Positions 13,001 to 24,756 of a DNA stretch of 64,000 bases are shown here, piece after piece. The notes beneath the pieces were generated by a model. That model worked only from the letters and a program-made list of their open reading frames with translations, was not told where the DNA came from and made no database searches. A program made the position numbers and the translations under genes. Source of the DNA: Eledone cirrhosa (lineage: Eukaryota); contig OZ024742.1 in the NCBI GenBank assembly GCA_964016885.1, forward strand, positions 237,708,001-237,772,000, given 5' to 3'. Position 1 is the first letter of the stretch. Every line of letters begins with the position of its first letter.

Positions 13001-13257
13001 ATATGATTGCAGAAATTACATCACTATGAATAACAGTTGCATTTGTAACTTATAAGACTGTAGTACAGAAACTATCGATAGTCCGGGTTTAGATAATATA
13101 CAACTATCATTGGCCACACGGTGCCGTTACCTTAGAAATAACATGTTGTGAGCATTCTAAGATTGTTTTTTCTTACGTACAAATCTTATATCATTGAATG
13201 GGTAAGAAACGGTCGTGGCTGCTGCTGTAATAATGTTCGGCTAACTTCGTAAAGAAA

Positions 13258-13309
<52 letters not shown>

Positions 13310-13315
<6 letters not shown>

Positions 13316-13575
13316 CTATTTCCGTCGGAAAAAAGAGTGCTCTATGTAGGCTACAGAGCTTATTAGTTATGTAATAAACAATATAAGATTATTATTTAAT
13401 TTACCAGTGGTTTCTTGAAGGCAGATGTTATGTCTGTGGCTGAAAGAACGGGCAAACAAGAATTAGGGGAAAATATATAAATAAATATCTGACGACTGAA
13501 GACAGACATAACATCTGCCTTCCAGAAACCACTGGTAAATGAAATAATAATCTTATGTTGTTTATTACATAACTA
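13310..13575. mobile_element. (TA)n-inserted fold-back unit with 74-bp arms and a candidate HHR (13484-13541, plus)
   Basis: Arms 13364-13437 and 13502-13575. CTGACGA-ctgaag a caga..tctg c cttcca-GAAA-ccactgg-TA; stem I is weak. Confidence 0.65.
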
Positions 13576-13780
13576 TATATATATATATAAATTTATATAT
13601 ATATATATATGTGTGCGTGTGGGTGTGTGTGTGTATATGTGTGTAGATCAGGAATATACCAGTTTTAAACTAGTAAGACAATTATTCAACAGATTACCCG
13701 ATACTTGAGAAGTAGAGTGTAAATATACGTAGTAGAGAGTCAAGACTCGACGGCAAGAGCTCAGTCGTAGTGCCCTGACA

Positions 13781-13867
<87 letters not shown>

Positions 13868-14179
13868 GCAAACTGTTTACATATACAGATTATGCAGTGA
13901 AATGTTTATGGTTTCTTGAAATATAATTTACTGGAAAGAACATTACAGAAAACAGATTACAAATGCTGTAATTGCTCAGTACTTTTTTATTTTAAGGATA
14001 ATTAAAATTTAGTAGTAAATTATATTTTCCATGCAGTTTGTATGCTTTTTGTTGCCAGGGTTACATCAATCGTTCAAAATACAAATTTCCTGCATTATTT
14101 GCTAAGATGGAGACAGTGTTCACACTAAAAAAAATATTGACAGCAAACAGCTTGCGAGTTGCAAATCGAATGTGAGAGA

Positions 14180-14620
14180 CCGCAGGAATGGCCAAATGGT
14201 TAAGGAGTTCGCTTCGCAATCATTTGATATCGGGTTCGATTCTTATGTATGAAATATTGAGAAAAGTATCAATTATCATGGTCTCGGATGGACCCATGAC
14301 CTGTTAGTAAAATTGTGTAGACGAAAGCTGTTTGGAAGCTCGTCAGATGGACAGTATCTATAAGTTAAAAGACGGCCTTGTTACACTCTGTGTCATGCTG
14401 AATTTTCCTGAGAATTATGTTAAAGGTAAACATATCTGTGGAATTTTCAGCCACACACAATATAATAGAAGACAGGTTCTACTTTTAATTCAAACAACCA
14501 GACACTATGTCATACTGATTCTATCTGAGAATTATGTTAAGGGTACACGTATCCGTGGATTGCCCAATCAACCTATTACACAAACAAGAACACTCATCGT
14601 TAAAACTGATTAAGGTCCAT
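14180..14620 (+). mobile_element. SINE family 2 (tRNA-derived head with A/B boxes, CORE-like middle), degenerate
   Basis: tggccaaatggttaagg..gggttcgattc. Family copies near 10205(-), 12750, 15480, 16640-16850(-), 30935-31150(-), 37640-38130, 38250-38432(-), 46840-47125(-), 47183, 49640, 51950-52270 and 57070-57600(-). Confidence 0.65.
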
Positions 14621-14849
14621 TCCTCCAATAGGCGACTTGTTAATGTAAAGAAAACTTTTGAGCTATGGTCTTAGTCTGTTTAGTTTCGCTGTAATGTAAA
14701 TTACAAGAATCTCGCTGACTATGGCTGCAGTAACCAAAATCAACACAACATGGAGAGATAGAATCATCACTGTGAAGAACAAGTTTAGACTCCTATATGC
14801 ATACGCAATCTTCATCTTTCTGTATAAATGCGAGGCATGAGCCCCCATT

Positions 14850-15310
14850 GCAGAGATACAAATATATAAGCAGTCACTGAAAATTAGATGCTATCACAAT
14901 ATCTTTGGCATATGGACTCTGACGGCAGAGATACAGAGAAAAATACAGGCAGTGGACGTAAGTGACTACCACAACATCCTAATCATCTCATACAGAGACT
15001 GTATCGCAAACGAGCAGATCCACAGCCCTATCCAGAATCACATTGGTTCCCATGAAGCCCTTATTACAACAGTGAAATTGACATAAAAGGAAGCTTCGAT
15101 GGAATGGTCATGTAGCAAGATCCAATGGTCTTGCAACGACCAACCAATAAGCAATTGTGGGTGGAAAGAGAAAGAGAGACGGACAGAAGAAAAGATGGAT
15201 AGACAACAAAATCCGAGATAGAGCACGGAACCGTAATAGATGGCGATGACTGGTACTGACACAGTATGTCACAATGGTGCTCTTCCGATTCCTCCAGGAG
15301 TTGTAAACCT
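14850..15310 (+). mobile_element. Degenerate RTE-type LINE 3' fragment
   Basis: Broken peptides WTLTAEIQRKIQA, KRKLRWNGHVARSNGLA and GQKKRWIDN. Confidence 0.6.
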
Positions 15311-18184
15311 GAACAATCCAAGCTATGGTACTCGTGATATTATACATAAAGAATAGGATGGGGTGTGAGATATTCACTTTTCTGAAAGTGGTTTTGAAAT
15401 TACTCCAAAGCCACTTAACTGGCTTTCACATTTCGATGAAGTCACATCAAAATGGTGCTCTGTAAAAGTTGAAGACACCATGAGACACGGGATCTAATGG
15501 TTAAGATGTTGCACTCACAATCATAGCGTAAAAGATTTGATTCTTGAACCGAGTGGCACATTGTGTTCTTGGGATAATACTCCATTTTACATTGTTTTAT
15601 ACGATAGATCTGCCCCTTCCCCACTTATTAAAACATCTAAGAGACTCCCCCCCCCCCCCCGAAGAGATGCAAACTCATTGGAGACTAGCTAAACTTGCAT
15701 ATGCGGGAGATGTAACAACAATATCATGATAGAACTAGGGACCTTATAATTAAAATAACTGAGAAACCTCCTACAAGATCCAGCCTCGTAGGCGGCCAGC
15801 TAAGACTGCATCAGTGTGAGCTGTAAATATAATTTCATTTCCAAGATATATCATACTGACACTCCTACGGATCTATCAGGGGTTGAGGCCCCAATCAATC
15901 AAACAAACAAACGAACAAACAAAGCAACTTTGATAAGTGATGAGAAGCAAATATATCTAATTTACGATACTTCGACTGTAAGGTTAGCACGCTCTTAAAA
16001 AAGTGTTAATAAAGTTATGTTACAGCAGGCCGTAATGAATATTGATCATAGAATTTGCTTTAAGATATATAATTAGTACCAACCTTCCTAATATAATTGT
16101 ACAAGCTGTTGTCTCATTTCTCATATTGAATACTTCAATTATTAGGATATTTAATTATACTGGAAGGTATATTTGGGTAGCTATTACTTCAATCTTGGTC
16201 TTCACTTTATCAGTGAGGTTAATAGAGAATGTGAGAGATTTCATAGTTCTTTACACTAACGACGAGGAAGAATGCTAAGAGCTACAACATATTATGTCAA
16301 TGTTTAGACATCTTACAGTGCTGGAAATTTCTTCAAAATTAGTCTAAATGGATGTGGGTGTACATGAAATATTTTCCCTGATTTCAAAAGTAAAATATTT
16401 TAATCCTTCGAACTGACAAATTGAGTACCGAATTAAACGACTTCTTATTTGTTCCAGCTTTGAGTTCAAAGCCTACAGAGATCAACTTTGTCTTTAATCT
16501 TTCTTTGGTCGATAAATAAAATTCCAGTCCAGTCAAGAAGGGTGGGTGGGTAAGCGGAAATGTAATGAATTCGATGGGGTGGTTTGTGGTATCTGTTCCA
16601 TATACGTGAAATGCGTAGGTAGATCATGTGAATAGTCAGCATGTAAATGGTTGCGATTCCACAGACATGTGTACCCTTAATGTAATTCCCAAGTCGAACC
16701 AGCGTGGCACAAGGGCTCAAATTTACGCCTTTGAATTACTAGTAGAGTACAATCTATTCGACAGGCTGACACCTGCCAAAGATACCATGCTGTGGGTTTG
16801 AAACTGGAAGCTTATGATTGTGAAGCAAACTTCGTAAATATTTGGCCATGCAGTGTTTACATCTTTTAACAATACATGGCAGTTGGAATAATAGAAGTTG
16901 AAACTGTAAAATGCTATATGAAATGCATTGTAGCGCTTAATTACGTCTCTGTACTTTGCGAGTTCAAATCCGGCATAAGTTTATGGGTTTTTATTAACTA
17001 CTTGTGGGTGAAAAGAAAGGGTTGACGGAAACAGTTTGAAGGCCCGTATGGACCGTATCTGTGATTAAAAGAGCTAGTCTTGTCACATATTCTATCTCGC
17101 TGAATCTCCTATAGATATACAATCAGGATGCCCATGTCAGTGGAATACTCAGCTACATACATTATAATACAATACAGAATGTGCCTGTAATTCAAAGAAT
17201 AGGCCTTAACACACACCATACCACACTAAATCTCTACTAGAAATATGTTAAGGGTACACGTGTTTGTGGAATGGTCAGTAATTTATGTATTAATTTCAGG
17301 CTGTAGCGTTGATCAAACAACTGGAAGACACATCGTCAAAACTGATGGAGGTCAAATCCATTCCATCATTAAAATATTGTTTTCTCGTAAAACGTATAAG
17401 TTACTGAATAAGAACATTATATATAATGGCAATACCACTTTTGGAAACGCGTTACAGTTTCATAGTCAACTGAATTATGAAATTAATTCTTTTCCTGATC
17501 ATATTACATCGATTACTTGTCCTTTGAGCAACAGATTATTTAGACAATTAACCTACATATATCAGGCTGTGATCAATGTGACTCAGTCAGGTTTTAAAGA
17601 TGTCAAGTGAACAGTTTACTTTCAAGATAACATTACCACTTTATGGAAAAAATTGCTATAGCTGTTATGCATTTGAAATAATCTGAAAATTCGACATCAA
17701 GACCACCAAGAAGCTTCCTTATATATACAGCCGTCATTCGCAATCGAGTATGACTTGGTAGTATATACAGGCTTTCGTTACGAGTTTTAGTAAGTACTCA
17801 TTCAGTCACAAACAGACACAGGCAACCTTTCGACCCTCCTTAGTTGATTCAGTTATATCCAGGATGCGACTGCAGAAAGAAGAGAATACAAACGTCGTGT
17901 GCGAAGCGCAAATCTTCAAACTTAGTAAGCGCTGAGGAAATAGATTTATAAGATGTAGGAAGCTCCGACGCAGGAAATAACTGCAACTACTGTCAGTTGC
18001 TTTAAAATAACTTGTGAAAATATGGTGAAAGTCCTAGAGAGGGAAGAATGTTGTCAGCGAGCGCTACAAAGAATTGAACTCCATATATATATTAAAGAAT
18101 GAACATAATAATTTCCTTCTTCTGTCTGTAGATTCCTGATTAGTTATTTCCAGGTGCCATAGTTGTTTATCTTTGTATGTGTAC

Positions 18185-18223
<39 letters not shown>

Positions 18224-18227
<4 letters not shown>

Positions 18228-18272
18228 TGAGAGAGCCACCAAAAAGAGTAGTGGTCCCAGGACTGTCCCCAT
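18224..18272 (-). repeat. Inverted copy of the first about 47 bp of the CR1 element at 21087
   Basis: tgtctgagagagccaccaaaaagagtagtggtcccaggactgtccccat is the reverse complement of 21086-21134 apart from one small difference. Confidence 0.9.
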
Positions 18273-18273
18273 T

Positions 18274-18322
<49 letters not shown>

Positions 18323-18324
18323 AC

Positions 18325-18366
<42 letters not shown>

Positions 18367-18410
18367 GTACACATACATATATACGTACATATATATATAT
18401 ATATATATAC

Positions 18411-18463
<53 letters not shown>

Positions 18464-18464
18464 T

Positions 18465-18516
<52 letters not shown>

Positions 18517-18707
18517 GGTTATGCACGAGTGCATTAAGGTTTTCCAGGACACAGTGTTATGTACCGTGTAGGGGAAGGTCAGCTTACAACAGAGTGGTGC
18601 TCAACGAAATGCAGAAAATAGGTGTATATTCCAGTTTAGCTATACCCCGGGGCGTGTTTAAAGAATCAAAAAGAACAGAAAGATGCAGTAAAAGAGATTT
18701 ATTCGGT

Positions 18708-18822
18708 TCTAACGTACGTTTCAATAGACATCAATTTGCCTAGATCTCGCTGCATCTATAATATTATATAGTTAGTAGAGCATTCGACATCCAATGCACA
18801 ATCGATTCCATATCATCAGAGA
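18708..18822 (-). ncRNA. Type I hammerhead ribozyme with about 89-nt stem II in the PLE1 3' UTR
   Basis: tct-CTGATGA-[atgga/tctat, atcgatt/aattgat, tgc/gca, tggatgtcg/cgagatcta, tcta/taga]-GAAA-cgtacg-TT-aga, followed within 10 nt by AATAAA. Confidence 0.7.
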
Positions 18823-19179
18823 TTATGTTTACCGTACCAGAATGTTCAGGTTTTTATAGGAATTCATGTGAAGTTGAAGTAGAGAAGAAGGAGGATGTGA
18901 CAAGAGAGATAGGAGGGTTTTTCATGGTTGTTGAGGTAAAACAGAGGGGAGGATAAAATACGATAATGAAGTCTAGATATGGACTAGTCCAACTGTGTGT
19001 GTGCTAGGGAGATGGTAGACGTTGATAGGTTTATGATCTATGATAGATGGAGGCAGGGGAGATTAGGCCGAGTGACTTGTAAAGTATGTAGGAGGAGATA
19101 TTGAATAGGGGAGATGTTGTCAATAGAAGGCATAGCAATAATCCATGGGGACAGATAGAGGAAAGCAGAAGTCGCAGGA

Positions 19180-21010
19180 TCAAATCAAGCCAGGTTTGTA
19201 TTTCGAGAACGTAGCCTTGAGTCTGTGATTGCAATATAGAGTCCTTTCCGTTCTGTTGTTGAGAAGAGTATAATTCGATTTTAGTATGTAAAATAGCTCC
19301 ATATTGCATAATCGGCAGTAAGGCTGGCCTGCACGATATGCGGAAGCACTAGAGAGTTTTGTCCATTTCAAAGTGTATTGCAGGTTACTTTCGCGCAACT
19401 GCCAAATTGTATTGGCTAAGGTAGTTACGGAACGGTATTTGATGTTCTTCATCGAACTACGGTGTTGGTACCAACGAGATTTAAAAGTGGTAGAAGTACA
19501 GCCGATATAGTGCCATCTCCGGTTATCCGATTCAACGGTGCATTGATACACCATATTGGATTCCATGCATTTGTTATTCAGAGGGCAACGATCAGGTAGG
19601 TTGCAGTTGCACTTATCAGCTCTTGTAGTATTATTATCTTGTATAGGTTGTGTTAGGTTTATATGTGTGTCTGCTGCAGGATGGTTTACATTCAGTGGTT
19701 GAGAGTTTGAGGAAGTGTTAATGTAGTTTGGGGTGCTTCGTGTGGATGTGCTGACTAATCGTTTGGAGTTAAGTTTTTTAATAATTAGATCGAGATTGGG
19801 TGCTGTAGAATATGAAAGCTTAATGGACCTTAGATTTAGTATTTTACCGTATAGATGTGCAGGAGGAAAATGTGTTTTGATTAAATTGAAGAAAAGTGAA
19901 GAAATTTTAGGAGATGTTGAGGCATTGTATATTGGGTTGTACCAAAGGTAGCTACGATTCCGCTTTCTAGCTAGGTTGGGTTGTGTGCTTCTATTTCGAC
20001 TATGTCTGTGCGGAAAGTGTATGTTGTGTATCGTACCTATATTATTGTTTATGCTAGTGCGTTGTGAGCCCTTATTTCTATATTGGTGTGCTGGATCTAT
20101 GTACTCTATTTTGTCTTGGTATCCAGCCGCCTTAAGCGCGTTGTTATAGTAGTAAGCGTGCTCACTAAAGACCTGGGGGGTAGATGACAGGCGTGATATT
20201 CTAAGGGAGATGGCCCGAGGGATAGACCGTATAATCGAGGGTGGATGATTAGATTTATGGTCAACATACATAATATTTTCATTAGATTTATGGAATGGGC
20301 GGATTTCCCCCGTCTCTAGATTAAATGTTACATCCAAGAAATTTGTTTCAGTCAGGTTGTACTCAAAAATAATGCTAAAACCAAGACTATTTAAAAATTC
20401 GCTAACTTGCTTACGTAATCTTTCTATTTTCTGGTTGTTTAGGTGTTTAACTAAAAGGAGAGCATCGTCGCGGTAGATTCCCCCTTGTAGATTGCGGAGT
20501 TTTTTCTCTAGTGCTTGAACGATGAAGATGCCCACTACGTCTGTAACTTCGGCCGAATCGTTTGAGCCCATTGTGATATCAAAGAAAGATGGTCGATCTT
20601 TGCGCACCCAGTAGCTATCATCGAACTTAATTATGGTTTTTCTGGCCTCAAGGATGATGCCTATTTCCGCGTCGGTTAGGTCAGAATTCTCTCCGGCAAA
20701 CATTAGGGTCTTGTGCAGGGTATCGGGTGATATGGAAGAGTAGTAGTCGTTTATGTCGAATTGGATAAATTTTGATTCATCCCTATCCTTGATATTACTG
20801 AACCAACATACCGCCTCCTCAGTATTTGCCCAGAGTTTTATGCCAGTTATCCGTTTTAACTGGGGGATTACTCTATCTAATATATATTTACTTACTCTAC
20901 CTATATCCGATTTCGATGGGCATATTAGTCTAATCTGGGGGTTTGCATGGAAATTGACTTTGTGGTCCTTTAAATTAAAGGATGGGGTCGCTGGAATTAT
21001 AGGTTCTGTC

Positions 21011-21011
<1 letters not shown>
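19180..21011 (-). CDS. PLE1 reverse transcriptase / Cys linker / GIY-YIG endonuclease (uninterrupted, about 610 codons, N-terminus missing)
   Basis: The frame stays open upstream of the listed Met: LKDHK..IRLICPSKSDIG..FIQFDINDYYSSI. It continues with ITMGSND, GIYRDDAL, NFLDVTFNL, SNHPPSI, WYNP, CNC..CPL..C, MVYQC..HYIGCT..FKSRWYQH and CRLCNME. Confidence 0.92.
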
Positions 21012-21086
<75 letters not shown>

Positions 21087-21089
<3 letters not shown>

Positions 21090-22173
21090 GGACAGTCCTG
21101 GGACCACTACTGTTTTGGTGGCTCTCTCAGACATGCCCTCTGTAGTACATACAACCAACAACATCCCTCACTAGCTATGCTGATGACACTAAGGTAGCAC
21201 AGGCAATCAAAAACCCGGCTGACGCTGCCCTTTTACAACAAGATCTGGATGTCATATACAAATGGGCGGAAGAAAACAACATGCAGTTTAATGCTGGCAA
21301 ATTCCAAGCCCTACAATACAAACCTCCAAACAAACCTGCAAACACAAATATAGTACAACACAACTACACAGGACCAGGAGGGACCGATATCCCCGTGTCA
21401 AAATCGATACGAGACCTGGGCATAGACATGAGCGATGATGCATCTTTTTCCTCACACATCATGAAAGTGGTGACAATGTGCAGACGACTCGCTGGCTGGA
21501 TCTTGAGGACTTTCCGGACAAGAGACCGAGATACCATGTTGACACTATGGAGGACATTTGTCCTAAGCCGCCTGGACTACTGCTCCCAGTTGTGGTCACC
21601 CCATAGTGTCAAACTAACCACGGAGCTTGAGGCAATCCAGCGAAGCTACACCAAGAAGATTGCCACAATGAGGAGACAAGCTACTGGGAGAGGCTAAAGG
21701 AACTGAACCTCTACTCCTTGGAACGAAGACGGGAGAGATACGCAGTGATCTACATGTGGAAAATCCTAGAGGGACTAGCACCAAACTTTGGCATTGGGAG
21801 CTGGACCAACCGTCGAACAGGACATCACTGTGTGGTGCCAAAGGTCTCGTCTTCCACACCTAGAATAAGGAGAAGGTATTGCAATAGCTTGGGATTCAAG
21901 GGTCCTCAACTCTTCAACAAGCTGCCGAGGGATCTGAGAGATTTGCATGACGTGGAGGTGGATGTCTTCAAGAAACATCTCGACACCTTGCTATCCAGGA
22001 TCCCGGATGAGCCCACAGCAAGGCACGGGGGAAACCTAATGGCAGCAGCAACAAACTCCCTCTTACACCAGTGGCCAACCTATACAGGCTGGAGATAAAT
22101 GTGTATCAACAAGGGCGGTGCCCCAGCATGGCCTCAGCCGGATGGCTGAAACAGGTAAAAGAGTAAAAAAGTA

Positions 22174-22175
<2 letters not shown>
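21087..22175 (+). mobile_element. CR1-clade LINE, 5'-truncated, frameshifted
   Basis: [49 protein letters not shown] and FKKHLDTLLSRIPDEP. The 3' end is ggcggtgccccagcatggcc..gtaaaagagtaaaa. Confidence 0.9.
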
Positions 22176-22251
<76 letters not shown>

Positions 22252-22559
22252 TATTACAAGGACCCAGCACTTGACTAGTACTAAACTTTATCGACCTCGG
22301 AAGGATGGAAAGTAAAGTCGAATTCATCGGAATTTGAACTCAGAACGTAAAGAGCCGGGACAAATGCCACCAAGTATCTCTGCTGAACACCCTAACTCCT
22401 AATCAGAGAGAGAAGTTGTATTCGTTTACCTTCTTTTGTAGTTGTTTAACTACTTGGATTTGGTTTATTATTTAGAATCCTGACTTGAGTCCCGACAAAC
22501 GCCTAATGAAATCGAACTTCATCGTAGTATCTGACTAATTTTGTGGTACTGGATCAACA

Positions 22560-23260
22560 CCAATCAGAAGACTTCCTATGCCAACAGCATTACCAGCAGC
22601 ATAGTGAAGAGAGCAATAACAATTGGTGGAAATGGAAAGCCACCTTAAGAGGACAAGTTTTCTAAGAAGACCAAGAAACTAAGAGAAAAGAGACGACAGA
22701 TGAAGAGAGGCGGGGAAGACCCCCATAACGTCACATGAAGGAAGACATCAGGCGATATGACGAAGAGTGGCAGTTCAAAGCCCTGAAAAAGAATAAAGGA
22801 TTGAATCCAATCAAAAGAAAGCAGGGTCTAGGCAAAGATAACATCATCACTTTGTTAAAAGAGAACAGTACACTCCCCACTTACCTTAATAGGCTTATAA
22901 AACAGTGTGAAGAATTTTACAGGAAACTATATAGCAAAAGTGAACCCCAGGACCAACCATTATCTAGTAACAAAACCTCAACAACATCTACACGGCCTCC
23001 TCCTATCATTCCACTGGGGACAAGAGCGAACATTAAACGATTAAAGAGAGACAAGGCGCCAGGCAAAGACAACATCACTGCAGGTATATTCCAAGATAGT
23101 TGAGATCCCATTGTTATGGTACTGAACAAGTTCTTCAACGGGTGTCTAGAAGAAAGCCGTGTTCCTGACAGCTGGATTAATGCTGAAAACGCAGACCTCA
23201 GAAACTACCACCCAATCAGCCTACCACCGAGCATTTCCAATGTGTTTTCATACTCGGGTG
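22560..23260 (+). mobile_element. Degenerate RTE-like LINE fragment (EN-RT linker and RT start)
   Basis: CEEFYRKLYS, IKRLKRDKAPGKDNITA and DLRNYHPISL. Confidence 0.75.
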
Positions 23261-24210
23261 GATGCTTGGTACATCAGAACTGCACCAAATAAATTGGATG
23301 TGACATAATAAGTAAAAACAAAAATATAAAGTAACGTTAATATTCTTTCTACGATTCTTTCTTTTATTCTTCTCGCCTGCTAGGTATAAAACGTAACATT
23401 GCTATTGTAAGACTTATGATGGATTAATTGAGCTTAAGACATTTGTTCTTTAACAAATGAGATATTAAACTTTTTACTTATCTCGTGCATAAAAGGAAGC
23501 CGAGATGAGAAAACAAGTTTCTCTTTAGACTAGCTAAGCTGTTGCTTGAATAATTATTAAACTCTTTATTTAAAATTATTTTAAACAACCAAAATAAATA
23601 TTCTTCGTCATTTGATGAAGCCCTGTTGCTAAAGATGTTTTGTGTTTTAAGATGTTCACACACACACACAAAATCCACACGTACTGCAGCCATGTTGCTA
23701 CAATAAGTTCTCTTTCCAATCACAATGTCCTAAGTTCTAACACTACGTTTGTTAGTAAATAATTGTTTCTCCAAAGTTATTCATGCATTTAATCCCGTAA
23801 GTCATTTGTATATATACGCTGAACGTTAGTGTTATTAAATTAACCTTTTGTCTTCCATGAGTCAGTAATCATTATAAAATATAGGGAGTCTCTTATGCAA
23901 ACCATTCATTTTTCAAAATACGTAGTAATCCTGGCACGGATTCACTAGTAGCACCAACAATTAGATAATTAGAAATGTTCATTTTATTTACTAAATCCTA
24001 GTTCATTCATCGGTTTGATAGAATTAGAAGGCAGTAAATTGACGGTAGTTACAGCGTCAGATACAATGCTTTGCGGTATTTGTTCCGGCTCTAAGCGCTT
24101 TGAATTCAAATCCCGCTGAGATCAATGTTGCCTTGAAACTTCCGAGATCGATAATAATGTAACACTCCCATATTGGGATCGATTCTTCTATATAGCTTTC
24201 CCACTTCCTT

Positions 24211-24298
<88 letters not shown>

Positions 24299-24586
24299 CC
24301 CCCCTCTCTCTCTCTTAACATCATTTTCCATATATGGTACCTGGAAATCATTCAGCTATTTAAAAGAAATATCAGTCTTCTCTTGATTTTTTCATAGCAG
24401 AAATATGTTTTTTTCTTAGCAAGAAATTGTCCTTCTTACTCCAGATAATGACGTAATTATCCTGCTCTATTTTTTAGTCCATTGCAAGAGAATGTCTTCA
24501 CGAACTACTGTTATGTCTTCCTGTTTTCCTTTGGTTGTAAGGTTTTTTGAAATATTTACTTCTGCGTCTACAGGTTGATTTTTCTC

Positions 24587-24637
24587 AGTTTCAGAAGATC
24601 CCGTATAGGGTGAAAGCAGAAATTCTTTGCTTAAACT
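24587..24637 (+). ncRNA. Hammerhead ribozyme with U4A core (family G; unit about 24555-24732)
   Basis: agttt-CAGAAGA-t ccc gtata ggg t-GAAA-gca gaaattctt tgc-TT-aaact; stem I is a perfect 5 bp. Confidence 0.6.
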
Positions 24638-24756
24638 TTAATCTGTACTAATAATAAATATATACCTTTATACATATATACAATCCTTATCGAGCCCTCT
24701 TCGGATTTCACTCTTCGTATTTATTATTACTATATATATATATATATATATATATA

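Larger units (their letters stand above)
18515..21013 (-). mobile_element. Penelope-like element PLE1, 5'-truncated, inserted in (TA)n
   Basis: RT plus GIY-YIG ORF, 3' UTR with HHR and AATAAA, (TA)n on both sides. Confidence 0.93.

Noticed and set aside
17720-17860. Similarity to 58040-58200 (gcaatcgagtatga.ttggtagta)
   Set aside because: An old dispersed repeat with no diagnostic features.
18064-18552. ORFs rich in YI/HT/CV/MYVC repeats here and across the window (e.g. 2860-3208, 30435-31047, 50450-50927, 59549-60235)
   Set aside because: These are translations of stop-free microsatellites, not genes.
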